Shown piece after piece: positions 36,576-46,145 of a DNA stretch of 64,000 nt (positions are counted from its first letter, which is position 1; each line of letters opens with the position of its first letter). This DNA comes from a virus. The notes under the pieces are model-generated. The model was not told the DNA's origin, did no database searches, and saw only the letters and a program-made list of their open reading frames with translations. The translations under genes were made by a program, and so were the position numbers. The stretch is from the IMG/VR virus record IMGVR_UViG_3300032294_002823; one strand, 5' to 3'.

Positions 36576-36646
36576 TATCATGGCAGGTCCGTAGTATCAT
36601 ACGTTTTACACACTAACATACAACGCTATACGCAAGGAGTAACACA

Positions 36647-37564
36647 ATGTCTTACACAAGTTTATCCGATTTACGCAAGTCACGTGGCAATTTCGACAGT
36701 CTCATGAAGGAAGTTGAAAAGATTGCCAACCCCACAAACGAACGCCGCGAAGATGACCGTTTTTGGTCTCCTTCAGTTGACAAGGCAGGTAATGGATATG
36801 CCGTGATTCGTTTTCTTCCTCCCACAAAGGGTGAGGAGCTTCCTTGGATTCGTGTTTGGAATCATGGGTTTCAAGGACCATCAGGTCGCTGGTACATTGA
36901 AAACAGCTTGACCACATTGAATCTTCCCGATCCTGTATCTGAATTGAATTCAGAACTTTGGAACTCCGGAATTGAGAGCAATAAGGAAATTGCTCGTAAG
37001 CAGAAGCGTCGTTTAAATTACATCGCTAACATTCTTGTTGTAAAGGACTCTGCCAATCCTCAGAACGAAGGTAAGGTGTTCCTGTACAAGTTTGGCAAGA
37101 AGATTTTCGATAAGATTAAGGACATCATGCAGCCTCAGTTTGAGGATGAGGAGCCCATCAATCCCTTTGATTTCTGGAAGGGTGCAAACTTCAAGCTCAA
37201 GATTCGTAATGTCGAAGGATATCGCAATTACGACAAGTCTGAATTCGAACCTGTCTCAGCCATTGCTGACTCAGATGATGACATCGAAACAGTTTGGAAT
37301 CAACAACATGCACTTCAACCCTTCGTTGATCCCAAGAACTTCAAGAGCTACGAAGAATTGAAGAAGAAGCTCGACATGGTATTGAAGGGAAGCCCGGTTG
37401 CTTCCATGACGGCTGATAAGATTTCTGAGAGCCGGATGGATGAAGAGCCAGTTGCAGAATCTCCTAAGGTGCGTTCTGCCCCAGCTCCAACCTTCAAGTC
37501 ATCAGGTGCTGACGAAGATGACGATGATACTCTAAGTTACTTCGCCAAGTTGGCTGAAGATTAA
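36647..37564 (+). CDS. gp32: Single-stranded DNA-binding protein
   Basis: DKAGNGYAVIRFLP, WYIENSLTT, GANFKLK, YRNYDKS, acidic tail. Confidence 0.95.
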   Translation: MSYTSLSDLRKSRGNFDSLMKEVEKIANPTNERREDDRFWSPSVDKAGNGYAVIRFLPPTKGEELPWIRVWNHGFQGPSGRWYIENSLTTLNLPDPVSELNSELWNSGIESNKEIARKQKRRLNYIANILVVKDSANPQNEGKVFLYKFGKKIFDKIKDIMQPQFEDEEPINPFDFWKGANFKLKIRNVEGYRNYDKSEFEPVSAIADSDDDIETVWNQQHALQPFVDPKNFKSYEELKKKLDMVLKGSPVASMTADKISESRMDEEPVAESPKVRSAPAPTFKSSGADEDDDDTLSYFAKLAED

Positions 37565-37583
37565 TTCTTAGATATAGCTAAAA

Positions 37584-37613
37584 AGAAAAGGGAGCCCGAA
37601 AGCTCCCTTTTCT
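37584..37613. terminator. Bidirectional intrinsic terminator
   Basis: AGAAAAGGGAGC-CCGAAA-GCTCCCTTTTCT between convergent genes. Confidence 0.88.
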
Positions 37614-37614
37614 G

Positions 37615-39747
37615 CTATACTCGCGCAACTCGCTTATCTTGGAATCGAACAAAACTATTGTCTTGTATTCGTATTTCTGTGGGTCCTATTGCAGGAGCGC
37701 CGCCGCCGCCTCCTGACACATTGGTGACGACCGTACTGCCACCGCCACCTGTTGGTGCTACCATGGCAGGTATTGAATTTTCTGTTGCCGTTGATACCAT
37801 CCCTGCTGTATCTCCAGGTGCGCCTTCTATGGAAGCATTTGACATATCTCTTGCTGCCAATCCGGCATCTATGGCAGCACTTGCTGCCGTGCCTATGCCA
37901 GGCACTGTTGATGCAGCACCTGAGGCAACTTCTCCTAAGGCACCTTTCCAATCACCTGATAGTAATCGTGATGCTCCAAATCCCAATCCTGCCACTAATC
38001 CTATACCAGGTATTTTCTTTAGTAATGATTTACCTAATGCTTTGGCACCTACTTTACCTGCTGCTCGCGCACCCAATCCGCCTGCAACTCTGGACGCCAA
38101 AGGTGCTGCGCGTGATAGTAATGACCCTCCCTTGCTCATTAATCTTGAGGATCCGCGCATTAAACTTCCCCCTAATCCCTTGGTCTTTGAGAGCATTCTT
38201 CCTCCCAAGCGATCCATAATCATTTGTCCCATTCCACCACCACCTGATTGTTGTTCTGCACTGGCAACTTGTTGTGCTTCTGCACTGCCCACTTTTGCAG
38301 ATTGAACAGCTTCTACTTGCCCCTTCACTTCTTCATCGGTGAGTGTAGATTGCCCTGAATCTTCTTCACTATCACGTTCTTTATCGACCTTTGCACTAGT
38401 CCCTGTATTATCAGCAATTTTTTCTAAGGCACTAAGAATATTACTTTGTACTTTACCTTGTTCTTCTAATGCAGACAACAATTCAGTAGGAGCAGCAATG
38501 CTTTCCGCCGTTCTTTCTATCGGAGAAATTCTTCCTTCTTCTGCTGCCATTTGTTCCAATTCTTTTATACTGGTCTTTTTCAATTCAGAAGATGAAAGAC
38601 CCAATTGTTGATTCAATTCATCCTTACTGAACAATCCTCTGCCTGATGTGCGCGCAGTTTCTTTACTGATATACTGTCCAGTATCAGTGTCCCGATATTT
38701 ACCACCCTTGTCTCGTTGTAGACTACCTTCCACGATGCCACGAATTACTGATACTTCTTGTAGCAGAGATTGTAGTGTTACCAGTACAGCACTATCTTCC
38801 GATGCATTTTCTGTGGCATCACCTATTGCATCCGCCATATCAGAAGTAGTTTCAGGATTTACAGAACCTTGTTCCATTCTACCCATTAATCCTTGTAACT
38901 CCTCTTGCTGACGCATTGCCTCACGTTCAGATTCTATGAGTTGTGCGTTACTAGGAGCTTTTTTATCAGGTTCCAATAGAACACTACCAAAGGCTTGCAT
39001 GAATCCTTTACCGGTCGTCACCTTCTTTAAGTTGCCCGTGAGCATATCTTTATATGATTGTCCTTCTTCGGGATTCCAACTTAATCCAGGTGCAAACTTT
39101 CGTAAAGCGGCTGTGGTGTCACCCTTAATGGCATCCATCATGGTAAGACGCTTTTCTTCAGGTTCTTGCATCTTGTTCTGTATTTCTTCAGACAACTTTT
39201 TCTGCGTTTCCAGAGACTTTGTTAAGCGTTCTTTATCTTTCTTCAATGTTGTTAATTCCACAACACGCGCTTCAAGGTCTCTCTTGATTTCTTCTTTTTC
39301 TTTCTCTGTGACAGTTTTATCTTCTTGTGCCTTTTCTTGCCAGTATTTCAGATAACGAACTTCTTCTTCCTTACTTTCCACTTCTTTCTCATTGACGACA
39401 ATATCCTTCTCCACCTTTTCTGTTTGCTTTTCGGTTTGTACAACCATTTTTGCAAACATGGTTCGTAATTCTTCTCTGTCTTTGGTTGTATCACCTTGAC
39501 TGGTTGCCATTTTTTTCAAGGCGTCAAGCATGTCTTGAAAAATCTTCTTCTGTTCATCTGAAAAATCTACTTCGTTTTGAACAGACAAGTTTTCAATTAT
39601 TGAACCAATACTGGTTGACATTTGCCCAGCAAATTCCATGTTTCTTTGCAAGTTGTCAGCAGGCGAGATTTTTAACATACTTGCCTGTAGATTTTTTGCA
39701 ATCTCATCCTTTGTTTTATTTGCCTTGGGCTTACTTTTACGAGCCAT
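37615..39747 (-). CDS. Tape-measure / baseplate hub protein (gp29-like)
   Basis: Coiled-coil N-half, Gly/Ala-rich GKSLLKKIPGIG segment; position downstream of gp26/gp51. Confidence 0.65.
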   Translation of the reverse strand: MARKSKPKANKTKDEIAKNLQASMLKISPADNLQRNMEFAGQMSTSIGSIIENLSVQNEVDFSDEQKKIFQDMLDALKKMATSQGDTTKDREELRTMFAKMVVQTEKQTEKVEKDIVVNEKEVESKEEEVRYLKYWQEKAQEDKTVTEKEKEEIKRDLEARVVELTTLKKDKERLTKSLETQKKLSEEIQNKMQEPEEKRLTMMDAIKGDTTAALRKFAPGLSWNPEEGQSYKDMLTGNLKKVTTGKGFMQAFGSVLLEPDKKAPSNAQLIESEREAMRQQEELQGLMGRMEQGSVNPETTSDMADAIGDATENASEDSAVLVTLQSLLQEVSVIRGIVEGSLQRDKGGKYRDTDTGQYISKETARTSGRGLFSKDELNQQLGLSSSELKKTSIKELEQMAAEEGRISPIERTAESIAAPTELLSALEEQGKVQSNILSALEKIADNTGTSAKVDKERDSEEDSGQSTLTDEEVKGQVEAVQSAKVGSAEAQQVASAEQQSGGGGMGQMIMDRLGGRMLSKTKGLGGSLMRGSSRLMSKGGSLLSRAAPLASRVAGGLGARAAGKVGAKALGKSLLKKIPGIGLVAGLGFGASRLLSGDWKGALGEVASGAASTVPGIGTAASAAIDAGLAARDMSNASIEGAPGDTAGMVSTATENSIPAMVAPTGGGGSTVVTNVSGGGGGAPAIGPTEIRIQDNSFVRFQDKRVARV

Positions 39748-39759
39748 GATGGATTCCTA

Positions 39760-39942
39760 TTAGTATTGTTGATTCTTTTTTTGAGCCTTTTTTTCTAAAT
39801 GACGTATTAACATACCAACGTACACATCTCTTTCCCATGGCATCATATTCTCTAGCTCAGATAAAGAATATTGATGTTCTTGCATCAATATGAAATTTGT
39901 TTCGTAATAATTGATGACAGAATCATGAGAAAGAGTTAAACG
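39760..39942 (-). CDS. gp51: Baseplate hub assembly protein gp51 (no start before the conserved region; likely reached by -1 frameshift from gp26)
   Basis: LSHDSVINYYETNFILMQEHQYSLSELENMMPWERDVY; first ATG only at 39885. Confidence 0.8.
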   Translation of the reverse strand, partial: RLTLSHDSVINYYETNFILMQEHQYSLSELENMMPWERDVYVGMLIRHLEKKAQKKNQQY

Positions 39943-40634
39943 AAAAAATTGACTATCTCATTGATGTTTACAATATTATTTCTTGCACACTTTGGACATG
40001 CAAAACGAATATCGTGATGAATTGCTGGCATTGTATCAAAAAACAATTTCATCATTTCAAACTGTGTACTTGTCACATTGTCAACAAATTCACGAAAATC
40101 TTCTTGTGTAGCATTTTCTCGGTTGTATACTTCTTCGTTCGTTTGAATAGTTTCAATACAGTGTGCCACCATATCGTAGATGTCATCAACCGTGGCATCT
40201 GGATTTGATAACAATGCCAAATGTTCAATTTTTGGATATCGCATCATCACAATTAAATCTTTCGATAACTCTAACCGATTGGTATGATGTTCATTGTATA
40301 ATACTTCTACTTGATTGATATCAATTGTTGATGATGTTGAATGTTTACAATTACCACAGATGAGATTGAATTCAATGATTTCACCCACAGATTTTCCACG
40401 TATTTCTAAAAATAATTTCTGTACGTCAACCATAGAATGAGTATCACATGAGACTGTTCCTTTTGTACACGCCAATACAGCTTCATTTAATGCACGCAAC
40501 ACGGCATTTCTATCACCACTTTCAGATGCCAATAACAATAATTTTTCTTCTCTCATGACAAACGGACGAAACGTCACTTTTTGTTTTGATACGGGTAATG
40601 TAGTTTCAAAAGTTGGTAAATGATTTATTTTCAT
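39936..40634 (-). CDS. gp26: Baseplate hub assembly protein
   Basis: FRPFVMREEKLLL, IRGKSVGE, CGNC, MRYPK, CPKC, ends NFFV. Confidence 0.88.
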   Translation of the reverse strand: MKINHLPTFETTLPVSKQKVTFRPFVMREEKLLLLASESGDRNAVLRALNEAVLACTKGTVSCDTHSMVDVQKLFLEIRGKSVGEIIEFNLICGNCKHSTSSTIDINQVEVLYNEHHTNRLELSKDLIVMMRYPKIEHLALLSNPDATVDDIYDMVAHCIETIQTNEEVYNRENATQEDFREFVDNVTSTQFEMMKLFFDTMPAIHHDIRFACPKCARNNIVNINEIVNFFV

Positions 40635-40642
40635 AATTTATC

Positions 40643-41206
40643 CTATGTTGTAATGTTTTCAACCGTCCAATATTTATAGGCAAATCCAATATTCAAACGA
40701 TGAATTCCTACGGCAGAATATGATGTCTGCATCAAATTCATTGACTTAGGAAATGCCTCATGCAATTTCACTTTATATCGTGTTGTTTCTTTGTATCCCT
40801 GAACAGGCGTGGGACCAATGGGACCTTCATGTACAGCCTCAATAATGATGTCACCGATGATGTCTCTGTATGGTGCCACTTCACGGGAAGTGCCAATAAT
40901 GGCATTCATCCAATCATCAAAAAACTTTTTCACCTTCCATTCAGAGTCAACAAAAAATGTAAAGTTGGCTGACTCTCCAAAAAAGTCAACCGCAGAAGGA
41001 CGTTGAATGTTTAAATTGTGTATTCGTGCTGGTCGTGTAATAATGGTTTTACCCGGAAACGCGGCTTCTTCACAAAACAATGTGAGTAGCTGGTCAGCAG
41101 GAGCTGTAACTATGTTGGGTTTGGAAACAATAGTTACAGAAAATTTTTCAGATTTTGCCAATCCTTTGGCACGTACTACTGTGAGAAAATTTTCTATACT
41201 AGGCAT
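40643..41206 (-). CDS. Tail tube / baseplate-tube initiator (gp19/gp54 family)
   Basis: FCEEAAFPG, FFDDWMN, LHEAFP, FAYKYW. Confidence 0.75.
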   Translation of the reverse strand: MPSIENFLTVVRAKGLAKSEKFSVTIVSKPNIVTAPADQLLTLFCEEAAFPGKTIITRPARIHNLNIQRPSAVDFFGESANFTFFVDSEWKVKKFFDDWMNAIIGTSREVAPYRDIIGDIIIEAVHEGPIGPTPVQGYKETTRYKVKLHEAFPKSMNLMQTSYSAVGIHRLNIGFAYKYWTVENITT

Positions 41207-41786
41207 CTATGTTTTGTTTGGAGAGTTGATAGACAGATGATTTAGTTTCTCCTTGGAATGATTCAACAGGAAGAAATATAGCAGCACGCCAATCTTGAGG
41301 ATTTATCTCAAGGAAACGAGATTGTATATTGGGATATAGATATCGTTTCACACAAGGTTTTGCTTCTGGGAACCGAGAAAAATTCCCAATAATATTCCAA
41401 GACATACGGAGTTGTGTGGTCTTTGAAATGGTGGGTTTATCCGCCAATTTCATTAGTTCATCTAACAACTTCATACGCAAGAGTGGTGGTAGATAATGTA
41501 AGTTCAATCCCAAGAATCCCCCTTTAATCACGTTGAAGGGCATCACCAAGGGAAACTCATCATAATAGGGAAGTTTCGCTGCCATTTTAGGATTATACAT
41601 GAACAAGTACATTCGACCAGGTTCTATGTTACTTGTCAACTTACCTATGCCTGATTCCAATGCCTTGTTCGCAGTCATGGTATTCAATCCCAACTTTCGT
41701 ATTTGCGCTTGATACCATTGGTAGGATTTCACACCCTTCCCATCAGGTCTCATTTGCTCAAATGGATTCTGTTTCTTAGATTTCAT
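41199..41786 (-). CDS. gp2: DNA end protector protein
   Basis: YNPK..KLPYYDEFPLV, GLNLHYLPP, KPCVKRYL. Confidence 0.9.
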   Translation of the reverse strand: MKSKKQNPFEQMRPDGKGVKSYQWYQAQIRKLGLNTMTANKALESGIGKLTSNIEPGRMYLFMYNPKMAAKLPYYDEFPLVMPFNVIKGGFLGLNLHYLPPLLRMKLLDELMKLADKPTISKTTQLRMSWNIIGNFSRFPEAKPCVKRYLYPNIQSRFLEINPQDWRAAIFLPVESFQGETKSSVYQLSKQNIDA

Positions 41787-41868
41787 AAAGTGGTGAAATT
41801 GGGGGCTTGACTACTACTTGACAAGGTGATAAATTCACTATGTTAGGGATGAATAGATAATTCTGTTA

Positions 41869-42336
41869 CTATTTATCTCTGTTCTGTAAAAGCCCTAAGT
41901 CTTTCTCCGTGATGAGCATAAATTCCCATCCGTATTGAGCAGCAGCTTTACGCGCCGCTTCCCATTTGGCATTGTTCACAGCCCATTGTACAACCTCACT
42001 AATAAATCGCTTCGTTTTTCTACTAGGGATTTGAGGTTCTTGCGTGAATCGAAATGGCTTCACTTCAATCAAATACTTTTTTATAGTACCATTCTTAGTT
42101 TTTACTTTGATGAAGAAATCCACAAAATATCGGTGAATTTTATTGTCTACGGGACTTAAATATGGGACGACAATTTCTTCTGAACCCCATTCTATTACAC
42201 CTTCGTTGAAATCACACCATTTCATAAATCGCACTTCATAACTGCTACGATAAATGATGTTTGTGACATCCCCACGATATTTGCGGGGATTTTTTGGTGT
42301 ATATTTGCCTTTGTACGTATCTTTAGTATAAGCCAT
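41869..42336 (-). CDS. gp4: Head completion nuclease
   Basis: YRSSYE, WGSEE, HRYFVDF, IEVKP, NNAKWEAA. Confidence 0.92.
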   Translation of the reverse strand: MAYTKDTYKGKYTPKNPRKYRGDVTNIIYRSSYEVRFMKWCDFNEGVIEWGSEEIVVPYLSPVDNKIHRYFVDFFIKVKTKNGTIKKYLIEVKPFRFTQEPQIPSRKTKRFISEVVQWAVNNAKWEAARKAAAQYGWEFMLITEKDLGLLQNRDK

Positions 42337-42374
42337 ATAAATAATAGGTAAACGTTCTTCACGGGATTATTTAG

Positions 42375-43496
42375 ATGGCGCAAATTCCATTAGCACCAAA
42401 CAGAAACAGAGATGCCACACAGGATTCAAGTGTCCGCCAACAGCGCATCCCAGAAGGATACCGCGAGGCGTTAACACAAGGTGCCATTCGTCAGAATGAG
42501 TCACGAAACACATTTCGTTCAACCCAACAACTTCGATATCCCAAAGAAACTGGATTGTTAGCAGAACAACCCCATTGGTTGAAAATTCTTATTCGCGTGC
42601 GTGAACAAAATAGCCAAGCCACAGGGGGCAATGTTGTGGGCGGCACATATACAGAAACAGGTGCGCGTCGAATTAGTGGTGAAGATGCTACAGCAATAGC
42701 AGCAACTGTGGGCGCGGCATCAGGAGCCTCACGCCCCACGGGTGGATTAACCGGAAAAAATCCTATACTAAATTTTGCAACTAAGGCGGTGAAGGGATTA
42801 ACAGGAGCAGCGGCAGGTGCCTTGGCAACCGCCGCTTCAGGTAGTAACAAATCAACAACATTATCAACGTCAATATGTTTAGGCTTACAAGAACCTCCAA
42901 AAGCTGATTATTCTGTGGAATGGGAAGAACAAGCATTGGGTTCTGTGTTGGGTGGGGGTAAACAAGGATTGTTAAATACGGTAAAAGGTTTAGCCGGAGA
43001 AACATTACTTAGACAGATTAATCCGGGTAAGATAGGTGAAATTGCAGGTGTTGACCAGGCGGCAGCAACTGCTGCTGTAAATAAATCGTTAGGAAAAATT
43101 CGTAATCCTTATCGTGAACAAATTTTCAAACAAGTGAATTTTCGAGAATTCACCTTTGAGTATACGTTCTTACCTGAAAGTGTGCAAGAAGCAGAACAGG
43201 TTTTAGCAATATTAAAAGTTCTTCGTCAAAACATGTTACCCGAAGTTGCACAAAATAGTTTTTATATGATATATCCTGCAGAATTCTCATTGTATTACAT
43301 GTACAAAGAAAACATCAATCCCCATGTGCACCAATTCAGTGATTGTGTACTCACTTCAATGTCAGTGAAATATGGTGGTCAAGATTTCGTGACGTTTAAA
43401 GGGACGCCAGGATTGCCCGCTGAAGTTACCATGACATTGAAGTTTAAGGAAATTGTTCCCATCACAGGTGATAGAGTTTACGGAGAAAATCTATAA
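42375..43496 (+). CDS. gp48: Baseplate tail-tube cap
   Basis: NPYREQIFKQVNFREFTFEY, YPAEF, TLKFKE. Confidence 0.85.
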   Translation: MAQIPLAPNRNRDATQDSSVRQQRIPEGYREALTQGAIRQNESRNTFRSTQQLRYPKETGLLAEQPHWLKILIRVREQNSQATGGNVVGGTYTETGARRISGEDATAIAATVGAASGASRPTGGLTGKNPILNFATKAVKGLTGAAAGALATAASGSNKSTTLSTSICLGLQEPPKADYSVEWEEQALGSVLGGGKQGLLNTVKGLAGETLLRQINPGKIGEIAGVDQAAATAAVNKSLGKIRNPYREQIFKQVNFREFTFEYTFLPESVQEAEQVLAILKVLRQNMLPEVAQNSFYMIYPAEFSLYYMYKENINPHVHQFSDCVLTSMSVKYGGQDFVTFKGTPGLPAEVTMTLKFKEIVPITGDRVYGENL

Positions 43497-44245
43497 TGCT
43501 ACGAGGACTGCCACAAATTGTTGTACCAGTTTCAACATTTACTGGAACTGATACACAACTATCCGGTGTGATTACCATCACGGAAAAGCAGATTACAGGA
43601 GTCAATACAAAGTTCATTGAAGAAATTGTAATTGGTGCTGAATTGTATGTTAATGATGTTATGGTGGGCATCATCTCTCGCATTGAATCAGATGTATTAT
43701 GTTTTCTAGAAGAACCTGCATCTGATACATATACAGGTGTTGCAACAATTCGAAATTTCCAAGTAAGTGATACAGGACGTCCAATTACAATATCAGACAT
43801 CTTGTATCGCATTGCAATCAATAAAGACTTTTCACACAAAGCATCTTTTTTGATGCCCTATACTGTGGTTGAAGGTGATACACCTGAAATTGTTTCCTTT
43901 AAGTTTTATGGGACACCATTATATCATTGGGTAATTCTAATCATCAATGACATTGTGAATCCCCGCGAAGAATGGCCCTTGTCAGAAAAACAATTACTAG
44001 AAAAAATTGCACTACAGTATCCTGATGATTTACCATCCGATGTGTATGAGTGGAGAGAAATAAATTATGGATACGTTGTAGATTATAACGCAGGATTGGC
44101 GGCGCAACAACAAATATATTCTGTTTCAATCTATGATTATGAAACAGAAAAGAATGAAGCAAAGCGTACCATTAAGGTACTAGACCCCAATTTCATTACT
44201 GATTTCATTACAGCATATTCACGAGCATATACTGATATAACATAA
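43496..44245 (+). CDS. gp53: Baseplate wedge subunit with N-terminal extra beta module
   Basis: EGDTPEIVS..YG..YHWVILIIN..NP.EEWP, NEAKRTIK. Confidence 0.85.
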   Translation: MLRGLPQIVVPVSTFTGTDTQLSGVITITEKQITGVNTKFIEEIVIGAELYVNDVMVGIISRIESDVLCFLEEPASDTYTGVATIRNFQVSDTGRPITISDILYRIAINKDFSHKASFLMPYTVVEGDTPEIVSFKFYGTPLYHWVILIINDIVNPREEWPLSEKQLLEKIALQYPDDLPSDVYEWREINYGYVVDYNAGLAAQQQIYSVSIYDYETEKNEAKRTIKVLDPNFITDFITAYSRAYTDIT

Positions 44246-44247
44246 TT

Positions 44248-45660
44248 ATGGCAAATCCTATAGATGCCCCAGCGTTAAATCCTGGGTCTGTTAACATTAA
44301 AGAGGTCACATTGTTCAAGGCGGGACAGGAATATCCATTAAAGGATTTCATTGTTGAACTATCTGTGTTTGAAGATATGTTTTCCAATACCATGTCAGCT
44401 ACAATGATTTTATCTGACGGATTAAATTTGGTGGGATCACTTCCTATTACAGGCGGTGAGATTATTAATATTTCATATACTGTACCAGGATTTGAAGATT
44501 CACAAATTTTTGGTCGTGCCTTTTATGTGTTTGCTGTTCGTGATAGATTTCCTTCAAGTACAGACCGTCAACAAATGTACATGTTATCTCTCATGTCATT
44601 GGAAGCAGCTGTAGATTCTGTTACTGTTGTTTCAAAAAAATATACAGGTAAACCTAGTGAAATTGCAAAACAGATATTTGATGAATATCTTTCAATGCCT
44701 CGTTTTTGGAGCAAAGAGTACGATATGCCTGCTGGATTAAGTGACGAAGAAACATTGACACGCCCTGCATGGAAAAAATCAGTACCGCAGCAAAATAGAA
44801 CATCATTACAATTGATGCCAAACTCAGAGTCTAAAAATAAAGTTACCTGGGTTGTACCCATGTGGAGTCCAATGAAGTGCATCAATTGGTTGGCAAATCG
44901 TCATCTTGATGAAGGTAGTAAAGCAGCCAACACCTTGGCATGGGAATCATCACAACAATTTTATTTTGCAACTGTTGATAGCATATTCAAAGCTCAAGAA
45001 AATGTGAATGAGCGCAAGGTGTATTATTACGGATTTGATGATGCCATGATTGAACGTATCACAAAAAATAATTCTACAAAAAATACGTTGATAGAAGGAT
45101 ACAAGAAGGTGGAAGATGTTGCCATACCTACAAACTATGACATTCTTCGTAGTCAAGAAATGGGACATTATTCATCAACAATGCACGTGTTCGATGTGGT
45201 CACTAAAAAGTATGATGAATATGTGTTTGATTACATCAACAACTATTCACAGTTTGAACACTTACATGGCAAAACAAATCCCACGTTTCCTTCACAACAA
45301 CTACGAAATGTTCATTCATATGTAACATTCCGTCCTAAGCATAAGAAAATTTTCAATGATTTTGAAGACCCAAAATTTGAAGATTGGGTTCTACAGAGAA
45401 CAAGTTTACTATACGATATTAGTAATTTGAAAATTGAAATCACAGTTCCTGGTTTGGCAGGAACACAGGCAGGTGAAGTTGTACAATTCTATTATCCAAA
45501 AATGGCGGCAAAGGGTAGTGATGAAAATGTTGAGAATTTGATTGATAGATATCTATCAGGAAGTTATCTGGTGACTGCTGTACGTCATATTATTGCGCGA
45601 GATAAGTATACAATGAAATTGGAAATGGTAAAAGAATCACTTGCTTCAGGATTAGGATAA
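44248..45660 (+). CDS. Baseplate hub protein (gp27-like)
   Basis: FEDMFS, LPITGGE, SGSYLVTAVRH; position before gp5. Confidence 0.7.
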   Translation: MANPIDAPALNPGSVNIKEVTLFKAGQEYPLKDFIVELSVFEDMFSNTMSATMILSDGLNLVGSLPITGGEIINISYTVPGFEDSQIFGRAFYVFAVRDRFPSSTDRQQMYMLSLMSLEAAVDSVTVVSKKYTGKPSEIAKQIFDEYLSMPRFWSKEYDMPAGLSDEETLTRPAWKKSVPQQNRTSLQLMPNSESKNKVTWVVPMWSPMKCINWLANRHLDEGSKAANTLAWESSQQFYFATVDSIFKAQENVNERKVYYYGFDDAMIERITKNNSTKNTLIEGYKKVEDVAIPTNYDILRSQEMGHYSSTMHVFDVVTKKYDEYVFDYINNYSQFEHLHGKTNPTFPSQQLRNVHSYVTFRPKHKKIFNDFEDPKFEDWVLQRTSLLYDISNLKIEITVPGLAGTQAGEVVQFYYPKMAAKGSDENVENLIDRYLSGSYLVTAVRHIIARDKYTMKLEMVKESLASGLG

Positions 45661-46145
45661 TGCATACAAATGTATATAATAATGGGGGCTTCTATTGGTT
45701 CATGGGTGTTGTGGAAGATAGACAAGACCCTGAGGCGCTAGGAAGATGCCGTGTTCGTATTGTGGGATATCATAATCCCGACAAAACTATTTTGCCTACT
45801 GAAGATTTACCGTGGGCAATACCTCTTATGCCCATGACATCGGCTTCTATTTCTGGGACAGGACATGCACCCGTGGGTCCTGTAGAAGGAACATTGGTAA
45901 TGGGATTTTTCCTTGACGGTGATGAATGTCAGTTACCTGTCATGTTAGGCACGTTCCCGGGACGTGCTGAACCGGTCAACTTGGTAACATTACTACAAAA
46001 ACTTGCCGAGGCATTATCAAAAACTCTTACATTACCTACAACTGGGTTGTCCAGTTTGGCAATTCCTACTGTGAATGTATTGGCTACCAATGAGACTCAA
46101 CGAAATGATGCCTTAAATAACAGCGTTACGGTACAAGAATCATGA
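45660..46145 (+). CDS. gp5: gp5 N-terminal OB-fold domain (separate ORF)
   Basis: WFMGVVEDRQDPEALGRCRVRI.G.H, LPWA, GFFLDG. Confidence 0.88.
   Translation: MHTNVYNNGGFYWFMGVVEDRQDPEALGRCRVRIVGYHNPDKTILPTEDLPWAIPLMPMTSASISGTGHAPVGPVEGTLVMGFFLDGDECQLPVMLGTFPGRAEPVNLVTLLQKLAEALSKTLTLPTTGLSSLAIPTVNVLATNETQRNDALNNSVTVQES

Noticed and set aside
37658-39355. Plus-strand ORFs opposite the tape-measure-like gene, and other antisense ORFs in the track
   Set aside because: Shadow frames of real genes with no SD or motifs
41869-42336. TnsA transposase / Tn7 element
   Set aside because: Same fold, but sequence and synteny identify T4 gp4; no other tns genes
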